64,000 bases of DNA from the IMG/VR virus record IMGVR_UViG_3300025608_000011, positions 34,439-98,438 of that record; one strand, 5' to 3'. Positions 38,981 through 47,545 of this stretch are shown in pieces. The DNA is from a virus (lineage: Duplodnaviria; Caudoviricetes). The notes beneath the pieces were generated by a model that saw only the letters and a program-made list of their open reading frames with translations, searched no databases and had not been told where the DNA came from. The position numbers and the translations under genes are program-made. Position 1 is the first letter of the stretch, and every line of letters starts with the position of its first letter.

Positions 38981-40462
38981 TTAAAGAATATTCTTATCAG
39001 CTAACTCTTCTTGTTTTTTAACGCTATAGTCCCAAGATTTAAACATTTCTTCTTTTTCTGGAGTAATCTCTTGCGGGACATAAAACTCTTCTAATTCAGG
39101 AAAGACGTCAAATAAATTCATTTCCCATTTTGTTCCTTTGTAAAATTCATCAGCTCTTAAAAGATATTCAAATATATCTTGAATATTAATATCAGGATCT
39201 TGCGGCATTTCTAAAGCTGCAATTATATCGGGCCAGTCTTGATACTTTGGTATGAGTTGTTTTTTTAATTTTTCCGGCAAATTATTAGGACGTAGGTGTT
39301 TTGGATTGTCTACATGAGCCCAGTTCAATTGATGCACTACTGGATTTTCTTTGCACCAATCTACTACCTCGTAAAATCTTAATACACTTAGAAAAGATAC
39401 TAAACCGTTAAAATCGATAACCGCGTTAGGATATTCTTTGCAAAACTCTATATTTTCAACAACTTTATCCCAAACAGTTCTTCTCCGCATATATTCTATA
39501 GGAGCACCAATGCCGTCTACAGATGCTACAACTGTTACTCTATCAAAGTGTGGTATATATTTAAATAAATTATGTTTACCTGCTTTTGTTTCTGTCAAAT
39601 TTGTTTGATATTTAATACGTATTCTTTTTGAATCTCCTGATTCAATTAATTTGTCTAAAAGTTCATAATGCTTCTTCATGATAAGAGGTTCGCCGCCTAT
39701 AACTTTAATACTTTTTATATACGGTGCTATTTCTAAAATTTGCTCTGTAATTCCTTTAGTTTTATCTTTCATTACTATTGAAAAATATTCTTCCCTTTCT
39801 TGGTTAATTTCTCCAAAAATTAAATCGCTGTAAACGCCTTTTTTTGCTACATTCATGCGTGTAGTTGAATTAGCATGTTGGCACATGTAGCAATCTAAGT
39901 TACATTCCGATCCATATATTTTTAACTGAACTTCAAATATACGTTCATCTGCAATTTTAAATTCTCCAGATTCTTTGTATTTAGAAACTTGTCTTTCAAT
40001 TTTATTCCAAAACTTAGGGTCGTTTGTATGAATTTTTAAACAATTTGTTCGACGAGATCTACCGTACCGTGCTTCATCTGCTCTACACCGTCTACAATGT
40101 TGATCAACCGTTTTTAAATCACTTCCTGGAGTAGTCATTTCTCTACGGAGATCGTTCATATATTTACTATCTTCCATCCACTCTTTTAAGGTAGTATCTT
40201 CTATTGTTAGTCCACTAGGTGCTCCGAAACAACAGGCACAATATTGTCCATCAATCTCTGAATAAATTTGAGTAAAGGGAATAGTACAAAAATAAATATC
40301 TTTATTTTTTGCTTGCTGTACGATAGAATTTTCTTGTTTAGCAATTATTTCACCTTCTTCGTCAAGTTTTCTCCACCATTCTTCTGTGTTAACTTCTCCA
40401 GGCTTAGAATTATCGCCTGGCCCGCCTTTAGTCAACGATTCTGGTAAATCTTTTTTACTCAT
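38981..40462 (-). CDS. Radical SAM protein with N-terminal twitch domain
   Basis: CNLDCYMC; GGEP; FCTIPF...CACC...CRRC. Start placed at the ATGA overlap at 40462. Confidence 0.9.
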   Translation of the reverse strand: MSKKDLPESLTKGGPGDNSKPGEVNTEEWWRKLDEEGEIIAKQENSIVQQAKNKDIYFCTIPFTQIYSEIDGQYCACCFGAPSGLTIEDTTLKEWMEDSKYMNDLRREMTTPGSDLKTVDQHCRRCRADEARYGRSRRTNCLKIHTNDPKFWNKIERQVSKYKESGEFKIADERIFEVQLKIYGSECNLDCYMCQHANSTTRMNVAKKGVYSDLIFGEINQEREEYFSIVMKDKTKGITEQILEIAPYIKSIKVIGGEPLIMKKHYELLDKLIESGDSKRIRIKYQTNLTETKAGKHNLFKYIPHFDRVTVVASVDGIGAPIEYMRRRTVWDKVVENIEFCKEYPNAVIDFNGLVSFLSVLRFYEVVDWCKENPVVHQLNWAHVDNPKHLRPNNLPEKLKKQLIPKYQDWPDIIAALEMPQDPDINIQDIFEYLLRADEFYKGTKWEMNLFDVFPELEEFYVPQEITPEKEEMFKSWDYSVKKQEELADKNIL

Positions 40463-41241
40463 GCTATCTGTTTGTCCTTTTCTTCTTTCCATTCTAAGTC
40501 AAACGCCCATTTCTTTTCGTGGCACCAAAAACATTTATGACATTCTTTAGTAAAATTATCAGTTTGTTTAGCTGTTCCTGTACATGATCTTGTCAAAGGA
40601 AAAAGACTGTCCATTAAATTATAGTCTTTATATACGCCTGCGACAAATTTTTTATCTACATTTGCATATGCTTGATAAATGTATAATACTTTATTATCAT
40701 AATCAGTACGCCATTCCTGTACTAATGGTTGCTCCTTATCTCTGCGTCTTTCGGCTTTTTCAAAAAATCCCAATTTTTTCATATCGGAGGTAGGCGGATT
40801 TCTAGTCATTCCGTCTAATCGCACCGCTCCTGGATATTTTTTCATAAGATTCCATGATATTCTATCAACTTGAATAAGTTTAGATATACCTATATCAGTT
40901 AAACTTTCAAACTTAGGATATTTTTTTCTTACTTCATTTACTTCTTTCCACGATACAAAATCTTCTGTTCTGTCGTTAAAATCAAAAATTTGTAAATCTT
41001 GCAGATTACTATTAGGAAAGGTTTGTTGCATCCATTTTACAATCATTTCTGCAGATTCGGCATCTTTAGGAGCATTTTGATCTCTGCATGTATACGGAAA
41101 AATTTCTATTTCAGGAAAATGTGTTAATACAAGATAGCATAAAGATGCTGAATCCAGTCCTCCTGATAACGATATTGGCGCTAATTTTGGAATATATTTT
41201 GGAAATAGGTCTATTGTTTGACCCCCATGTGTAATTTTCAT
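40459..41241 (-). CDS. QueC-like PP-loop (N-type ATP pyrophosphatase) protein
   Basis: ISLSGGLDS; TRSC...CHKCFWC Zn-type motif. Confidence 0.75.
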   Translation of the reverse strand: MKITHGGQTIDLFPKYIPKLAPISLSGGLDSASLCYLVLTHFPEIEIFPYTCRDQNAPKDAESAEMIVKWMQQTFPNSNLQDLQIFDFNDRTEDFVSWKEVNEVRKKYPKFESLTDIGISKLIQVDRISWNLMKKYPGAVRLDGMTRNPPTSDMKKLGFFEKAERRRDKEQPLVQEWRTDYDNKVLYIYQAYANVDKKFVAGVYKDYNLMDSLFPLTRSCTGTAKQTDNFTKECHKCFWCHEKKWAFDLEWKEEKDKQIA

Positions 41242-42641
41242 TCAATAATCCTTATAGGTTTAATCTCAGGTTGATAGAATTTTTCTAATTCAGGAAAAAC
41301 GTCAAATAAGTTATAATTCCATTTAGTGTCTCTATAATACTTATCGTTCATCAGCAGGTACTCGAGAGTATCTTGATAATCAAGACCGCCAGAATCTTCT
41401 TTTAACAAATTTTGTATATCTGGAAAATTTTTGTACTTAGGGATAAGATATTCTTTTATCTCTATTGGTAAAACATTTGCACTTAACTTTGCAGGATTCC
41501 TTATATTAGACCAATTTATTTGTGAATCATTACCAAAGATTTCAATATTATCGTTGTACCAGTCTATTAATTCGTAAAACCTTAACACACTTAAAAACGA
41601 TATTGCACCGTTTATATTAATCCTTACATTAGGATATTGACTTACAGTTTTTATATTTGAAACAATATCCTCCCAGGTAGATCTTCTTCTAATATAATTA
41701 TTCGCAATTCCTATACTATCTAATGACACAGTAAATTCAAAAGATTCAAATTTTGGAATATAATCACTAAGTTTTATTTTATCAAAATTTAAAATTGACA
41801 TATTTGTTTGATATTTTACCATTATTTTTTGGCTATATCCAGATTTTACAATTTTATCTAACAGCTCATAATACTGTTTCATTACTAATGGTTCTCCGCC
41901 TATTAGTTTTAAATTATATATGTACGGAGCTATTTTTACTATTTGTTCTATTATATCGTTTAAATTAAATGTTTTTGAACTAATATTTTTATCTATTTTT
42001 AATCTTTCTTTATCAAAGACTTCTTGTGCAGCTAAATCTTCACTAGATAATGTTGTTATCCTTGTACTAGAATCACTAGGCATACACATAAAACAATCTA
42101 AATTACATTGATTTCCAAATGCTTTTATTTGAACCTCTAAAACTTTATGTGATATCTTTCCTATACCTGACTGTGTTTTTTTAAAATCCTCAACAGCATT
42201 CCTAATGTTAGGCCATAGTGCATGATCGTTAGTTTGTATTTTTAAAGAAGTCTGTCTCCTAGACCGGCCATATGTTGACTCTTGTTTGATACAAGATTGA
42301 CACCATTTTTTACATAAAGTTAAATCGCTACCAGGAGTAATCATTTCTTGCCGAAGTTGATTTAAGTTATTATTGTATTTAAACCAGTTTTCTAAAGACG
42401 TATTATAAATATTCGGACCGGTCGAATCGCAAGAAGCCCAAGAACACGGAGCCCAAGAACCGTCTGTGTTTGTATATACTTGTTGGAATGGAGCAGTACA
42501 AAACCAAATCTCTTGATTTTTAATTTGATTTTCTAAAATCTCAATATCTTGAAACCATTCTGTAGTATCTACTTTGCCATTGCCTAAGAATTTATCACCC
42601 GGACCGCCTTTGGTCAAAGATTTAGGTAATCTATCAGTCAT
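41238..42641 (-). CDS. Radical SAM protein with N-terminal twitch domain (paralog of 38981)
   Basis: CNLDCFMC; GGEP; FCTAPF...PC...CQSC. Confidence 0.9.
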   Translation of the reverse strand: MTDRLPKSLTKGGPGDKFLGNGKVDTTEWFQDIEILENQIKNQEIWFCTAPFQQVYTNTDGSWAPCSWASCDSTGPNIYNTSLENWFKYNNNLNQLRQEMITPGSDLTLCKKWCQSCIKQESTYGRSRRQTSLKIQTNDHALWPNIRNAVEDFKKTQSGIGKISHKVLEVQIKAFGNQCNLDCFMCMPSDSSTRITTLSSEDLAAQEVFDKERLKIDKNISSKTFNLNDIIEQIVKIAPYIYNLKLIGGEPLVMKQYYELLDKIVKSGYSQKIMVKYQTNMSILNFDKIKLSDYIPKFESFEFTVSLDSIGIANNYIRRRSTWEDIVSNIKTVSQYPNVRININGAISFLSVLRFYELIDWYNDNIEIFGNDSQINWSNIRNPAKLSANVLPIEIKEYLIPKYKNFPDIQNLLKEDSGGLDYQDTLEYLLMNDKYYRDTKWNYNLFDVFPELEKFYQPEIKPIRIIE

Positions 42642-42649
42642 ATTCTAAT

Positions 42650-43441
42650 TTATGTCTTAAAATTTATTATTTCGTTTAGATCTGGTTTATTTTCCCAATG
42701 ATGGAGTTCTGGATTTACACTATTGCTCTGTAAATAATCTTCAACATCTGCAACGTATCCTAATTGACAAACCATTAACGGAGTTTCAGAAATCTCAGGT
42801 AAATCAGACCAATTCATTCCTATAGTATTAACATCTTTTACATAACTGTTTGTAAATTTGTTCCAGTACCACTCAGGGAATGATCGAATATAACTTATAC
42901 CTAATTTATTTTCTAAACATAACCCTGCAAGACTCTGTATAAACATTCCGATTTCTATGCATGTTAATTTTGTGTTGCATATGTCTCGAAATCTATCCGG
43001 ATTAACTTGTGTAAATCTATCTTCAGGCTTGTCGCCGTGTAATTTACTATGCTCTAAAACAAAATTATTTGGCTTTGCAAGTCTTTGCTCGAAAACAAGC
43101 ACCCATGGCGCTAGACGATAGTCGTTTCCCTTATCATCAAGCATAAGATCTTTAGAATTAAATTCTCCATGGTAACTTTTAAAGTCCCCGTCCTTTATTT
43201 CGTCGTCCCAGTGATTAACAGATCCGGTTTTAAATAAATTACAAATTTGGCCGACTATTCGTTTCTCCTCAGGATTATGCGGACCGAATACATGAATTTT
43301 AAACGGATACAAATTTTGTTTAGATGGAGATATGTTTAAAGATCGTTTAAGTAGATCTTTTACTAATTCTGTACTGGGTAATTTTTGTTGATCCCATGCA
43401 GCTCTTATCTGTCTTCTTTTTGAAAATAGTTCCTCCATCAT
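42650..43441 (-). CDS. Nitroreductase-fold flavoprotein
   Basis: KRRQIR, SPSKQN.YP, AP, EIGMF, LGY. Confidence 0.7.
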   Translation of the reverse strand: MMEELFSKRRQIRAAWDQQKLPSTELVKDLLKRSLNISPSKQNLYPFKIHVFGPHNPEEKRIVGQICNLFKTGSVNHWDDEIKDGDFKSYHGEFNSKDLMLDDKGNDYRLAPWVLVFEQRLAKPNNFVLEHSKLHGDKPEDRFTQVNPDRFRDICNTKLTCIEIGMFIQSLAGLCLENKLGISYIRSFPEWYWNKFTNSYVKDVNTIGMNWSDLPEISETPLMVCQLGYVADVEDYLQSNSVNPELHHWENKPDLNEIINFKT

Positions 43442-43444
43442 AAA

Positions 43445-44134
43445 TTAAACTCCTTTCTTATTAATCCATTTTATAATTTCTTGGGGAGCCGGCTTTAAAT
43501 CTTGTTGAAAACGTTCTTGTGTATGTTTATTACGTCTAGGAATTTTACAATATCCTAATGCGCATATCATTATAACGTCGTGTTCTACATTAGGAAATTC
43601 TTGCCAAGCGTTTTTATTTGTAGGAAAACATGCATTACAATTTAGATCAATATTGTATTCTAATGCAAATGACCACAGATTAGAAATAAACAATCCTACT
43701 TCAAACGCAGTAGTTTTCATTACATTTCTAAGATTTTTTTGATCACTATGCATTTGTTCAAAATGACATTTGTTGATATCTACAAGCGTTTGAACAAAAG
43801 GATTAGGTTTACATACTCTTTGATTTATAACAAGAATATATGGCGCAGTTTTTAAATAAAGAAAATTTGGATTATCACCATCCTCTTTGTGTTCTTTTGT
43901 GTTATTTTCATTTATATCTTTTTGATTAAATTTAGCTAAACTCCAAATTTTTAATTTATCTTCTTCATTATCTGGACCAAATACATTTATTGTATAAGGC
44001 ATAAAATTTTGTTTAGAAGGAGTAACTTTCCATGCTTTCCGTAAACACTCTTCGATTAATGATTTTTTTGGTATATTCTGTAGATCAAATTCTTGTACGT
44101 GCTGCCTTTTATCAAGTATATCGAACACACTCAT
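43445..44134 (-). CDS. Nitroreductase-fold flavoprotein
   Basis: KRQHV..F, TPSKQNFMP, TAPY, EVGLF, ALGY. Confidence 0.7.
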   Translation of the reverse strand: MSVFDILDKRQHVQEFDLQNIPKKSLIEECLRKAWKVTPSKQNFMPYTINVFGPDNEEDKLKIWSLAKFNQKDINENNTKEHKEDGDNPNFLYLKTAPYILVINQRVCKPNPFVQTLVDINKCHFEQMHSDQKNLRNVMKTTAFEVGLFISNLWSFALEYNIDLNCNACFPTNKNAWQEFPNVEHDVIMICALGYCKIPRRNKHTQERFQQDLKPAPQEIIKWINKKGV

Positions 44135-45209
44135 GAATAAATTCCTTTTTAACTGTCTTTATGACATTACTTATCTCTTCCTGAGTAAGCCATGGATGTA
44201 TGGGTAATGACAATACTGTATTTGCAACTGTCTTAGATGCTGTACAAGCGTCTCTCCTGTGTTCTATGTTGTTATACATATCGTTAGCACTCAGAGGAGT
44301 TTCGTAGTGTATGCTTGCTTGTAGTGCATCTTTGACACGTTTGCGAGTATCTTTGTCTACAAAGCGTACAACATACTTGTGGTAGTTATGATTAAGGCCA
44401 TTTGAAACTTTTTGTGTTGCGATCGGTAAATCCTTAAATGCTTCGTTGTATTGGCGAGCAATATCTTGACGTTTTGATTGATTAGCCTCGATACTTTTCA
44501 TACGTTGATCAATGATACGTGCATTGAGAACATACATGCGACTATTATAACCTAAAATATCAAATGTTTTATCCTTACCGTGCCTGCGAATCTGTTTTAC
44601 ACGTTTAGCAATTTCGTCATAGTCTGTAAGAACAACACCTCCGCCATTGATGCCTGCTATTACCTTGTTGCTGTTAAAACTAAACACACTGCAATCACCA
44701 ATAGTTCCAGCATGTACTCCGTCTAAACTGCTGCCTAGTGCTTGTGCTGCATCTTCTATAAATACTATGTTACGATCCTTACAGAACGCTTGTAGTGCGA
44801 TTGTGTCCGTCATAGCACCAAACAAGTGTACATATACTATCGCCTTTACACGGTCGCTGTACATGCGTTGTACGCTGTCTAAGGACATTTGATAAGTGTC
44901 TAAGTCAATGTCACAAAACACAGGAGTAGCACCTACCATGTCAACACAACTTGAACTAGAGATCCAGCTGAAGTTAGTTACTAGAACTTCGTCACCAGGA
45001 CCTATACCATGTGCTAGTAGTGCAAAGTGCAATGCGTCTGTAGCACTAGCAACACTTACACAGTGCTTACGGCCTATACGTTGGGCAAAGTTGCGTTCCC
45101 ATTCTTCGTTGTTTTCGTAGTTCATTTGACTCATGAACTGGTCAAAGATTTCTAAGTAGGCATCTCGATTCTCTTGGTACTCTCTGTCCCATCCGTCGTA
45201 CGATATCAT
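44112..45209 (-). CDS. DegT/DnrJ/EryC1/StrS family PLP-dependent sugar aminotransferase
   Basis: SATDAL, GIGPGDEV, GATPVFCDID, VHLFG, IEDAAQA, FSFNSNK (PLP lysine), GYNSRM, LSLPIHP. Confidence 0.92.
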   Translation of the reverse strand: MISYDGWDREYQENRDAYLEIFDQFMSQMNYENNEEWERNFAQRIGRKHCVSVASATDALHFALLAHGIGPGDEVLVTNFSWISSSSCVDMVGATPVFCDIDLDTYQMSLDSVQRMYSDRVKAIVYVHLFGAMTDTIALQAFCKDRNIVFIEDAAQALGSSLDGVHAGTIGDCSVFSFNSNKVIAGINGGGVVLTDYDEIAKRVKQIRRHGKDKTFDILGYNSRMYVLNARIIDQRMKSIEANQSKRQDIARQYNEAFKDLPIATQKVSNGLNHNYHKYVVRFVDKDTRKRVKDALQASIHYETPLSANDMYNNIEHRRDACTASKTVANTVLSLPIHPWLTQEEISNVIKTVKKEFIHECVRYT

Positions 45210-45214
45210 TTTAA

Positions 45215-45778
45215 TTACCTGTTAATATTTTCTTTTATGTCTAGTTCTCTAGGATCATAACATACATTTATGTTATTCGTTAATTTGTTATTTTTTATAA
45301 AACGATACATTATAGCAGAAGCTATTTGATTTTTTTCTGCTGTATTAACACCGTCTAATTCGTAATCTGCACACATTGATAAACAAAAATGTACATTAAA
45401 ATTTCTAGAAGCCCATTCTTTTGCAGATACAAAACTAGTTCTTAATAAGCACCCAGCAGTATTAGTGCCGCCTAATACTATGTTTGTTGTTTCTGGAGAA
45501 ATTGTTACATGATAAACTTCGTTAATTGCACTAATAATTTCTTCGATACTTTGATTATCTTTGTAGTCTAACCATTTATGATTATAACTTTCAGAAATTT
45601 GTCTAATACTTTCTAGTTTGCTATCTTGACCTTTAATAAAATTAGTTAAAAATATAGTATTTTCTGAATCTATGATATCAACTAACTTTAATAATTTTGC
45701 ATACCTTTGCATATTAGAAAACTCGTCTTCTAATGCAGGATATCCGTAAAAATGATTTAAGATAACTAAATTATTCAT
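45215..45778 (-). CDS. Hypothetical protein, possible cysteine hydrolase (isochorismatase-like) fold
   Basis: IVLGGTNTAGCLLRT...A...FNV resembles the G..T..CV..T..A..GF.V motif. Confidence 0.4.
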   Translation of the reverse strand: MNNLVILNHFYGYPALEDEFSNMQRYAKLLKLVDIIDSENTIFLTNFIKGQDSKLESIRQISESYNHKWLDYKDNQSIEEIISAINEVYHVTISPETTNIVLGGTNTAGCLLRTSFVSAKEWASRNFNVHFCLSMCADYELDGVNTAEKNQIASAIMYRFIKNNKLTNNINVCYDPRELDIKENINR

Positions 45779-46469
45779 TGTCTATAAATTGAAAAATATC
45801 TTCGAACGGAGGCGATGTATTAAATTTAGGATCATTTTTAAAACTCCCATCTGGAATTAACCGCTCGTAAAAATAACTTTTACCTTTTCCTAAAGTCATC
45901 ATTAACACAGGTCTAAAATCTATACAAGGAAGAAAACTCCATTTTTCTCTGTCTTTAAAAAAGCATACGTTATAAGAAACATCCCACCCTCTATCTAATG
46001 CTGCTCCTGTTATAGCCTTTGCGCACATTCCTATTTCGATAGCACATGACTCTCTATTTTTTGTGTTCACAAAATTATAGTCTTCTAATTGCCACATACT
46101 GTTTGTTTCTTCGAAATGCCATTTAAAATGAGGATTTGGAGGAGCTATTCTAGGAGTAATAATAAACGTATATGGAGCACTTTTTAAATGGTAAAGGCCT
46201 GGATTAGAATTATATTCTTCAGAATCAGGTGTTGTACCATAAGCTTCGCGATCTACATCTATTTTTCTTCCTTCGGCCATATCCCATAACTTTTTACTTC
46301 TATTTTTATCTGGACCTAGAACATAAAATTTATAGGGAAATGCTTTTTGTTTAGAAGTAGAAAGTGAATACCCTATTTTTAATATTTCTTCTACTTCAGA
46401 TCGTGAAGGAATTATTTCAGTGTCGTAATGTACAACGTGTTTTCTTTTACCTAATGAATCTTCAATCAT
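45771..46469 (-). CDS. Nitroreductase-fold flavoprotein
   Basis: KRKHV..Y, STSKQKAFP, SAPY, EIGM, TLGK. Confidence 0.7.
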   Translation of the reverse strand: MIEDSLGKRKHVVHYDTEIIPSRSEVEEILKIGYSLSTSKQKAFPYKFYVLGPDKNRSKKLWDMAEGRKIDVDREAYGTTPDSEEYNSNPGLYHLKSAPYTFIITPRIAPPNPHFKWHFEETNSMWQLEDYNFVNTKNRESCAIEIGMCAKAITGAALDRGWDVSYNVCFFKDREKWSFLPCIDFRPVLMMTLGKGKSYFYERLIPDGSFKNDPKFNTSPPFEDIFQFIDNE

Positions 46470-46476
46470 ATTTTTT

Positions 46477-47214
46477 CTAACGCCTCCTTGCTTCTACTTC
46501 GCGCCATTTTTCGAATGTTTTAGTTTTATGTCCCCACCATTCCTTTTTAACACGATCCTCTCTATGTTTGTTAGCTGGACTGGTTAATTTAAAATCTACA
46601 TTTTTTCTAAGTAATGGGCTATCAGGATTAAACCCCCTATTAGTATTGACAAATAATAGACTAAAATCTTCTTCCTTGGCAATTTCAATTGCACGATCTA
46701 TTTCGTGTTCATTATATCCAAAAATAATATATTGCCACACTATTGCATGTCCTAGATCTCTGCCTTGTTTCATTCTTGACCAAACATCTTGAAAATTTGA
46801 ACCTATACGATAAAGTTCACTTTTTTCGTCAATGCCGTCTACGCCAAAATACCAAGCATTTTCGCCAACCCCGTAGCTATATGCTTCTTCCCACCAAGCA
46901 TCAGATTTGCCACTACCGACGGTAGCAATTCTGACAGCTTTACCCTGTCCGTTGCACAATTTTAATAAAGATAAAAAGTCTTTATGATATATAGGATCAG
47001 ATATCTGACCGCAAAATGTAAGTCCGCAGTCGTAGTAGCTAAGTATTTTTTTAAATTGTTCTGGTTCTAAATCAAAACTTCTTTTAATTTGACTTTGACT
47101 ACTAGTTCTTTGTCTAATACACTGTGGACATTGAAAAATACATCTATGTGAAGCATCTATGTTAGGTCTGCAATATCGTTGAAATTCTACATACTTGTCA
47201 GTAATTCTTTCCAC
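46477..47214 (-). CDS. Radical SAM protein lacking an attached SPASM domain
   Basis: CIFQCPQC; FCGQISDP; FGVDG; WQYIIFGYN. Confidence 0.85.
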   Translation of the reverse strand: MERITDKYVEFQRYCRPNIDASHRCIFQCPQCIRQRTSSQSQIKRSFDLEPEQFKKILSYYDCGLTFCGQISDPIYHKDFLSLLKLCNGQGKAVRIATVGSGKSDAWWEEAYSYGVGENAWYFGVDGIDEKSELYRIGSNFQDVWSRMKQGRDLGHAIVWQYIIFGYNEHEIDRAIEIAKEEDFSLLFVNTNRGFNPDSPLLRKNVDFKLTSPANKHREDRVKKEWWGHKTKTFEKWREVEARRR

Positions 47215-47545
47215 TACTTTGCTCCATTACTTCTATTTTTTCTTCTGCCCTTACTTTTTCCATGTCTATATCAACCCCGCATTTCTTTTTACACATATAA
47301 GATGCATTTTCTGGATCATTTAAAAGGGTTTGGAAAAATTTTTCCCATTGGTCGGATGTAAAGATATCTTCTAATCGTTCGTTATTCGATAATAAAAGTT
47401 CTTCGTCTTTTAATCCACAGGCTTTTATATAACGATAAACAGGAGGATCATCCATCCAACAACAAGGAAGCATAAATCCATCTGACGTGTATGCTGCTCC
47501 TTTGTTATCTTTTGAAAACTTTAAACATTTAGGATCAATTTTCAT
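47198..47545 (-). CDS. Stand-alone SPASM/twitch-like Fe-S protein
   Basis: PKC...DGFMLPCCW...LEDIF...W...MCKKKC. Confidence 0.65.
   Translation of the reverse strand: MKIDPKCLKFSKDNKGAAYTSDGFMLPCCWMDDPPVYRYIKACGLKDEELLLSNNERLEDIFTSDQWEKFFQTLLNDPENASYMCKKKCGVDIDMEKVRAEEKIEVMEQSSGKNY

Noticed and set aside
40463-40492. ORF-track starts at 40492, 32841, 48461 and 32
   Set aside because: Better starts exist at 40462 (ATGA coupling, matches paralog), 32811 and 48470; the first ORF is open to the window edge.
37602-41241. Canonical queuosine/7-deazaguanine DNA-modification pathway (queC/queE)
   Set aside because: No FolE, QueD or DpdA/TGT in the window, and the rSAMs do not resemble QueE, so no que symbols were assigned. 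It cannot be excluded for the rest of the genome.
46477-47545. Selenocysteine or stop-codon readthrough joining the split rSAM/SPASM ORFs
   Set aside because: The ORFs overlap in different frames, and the second pair is in the opposite order with a TAA stop.
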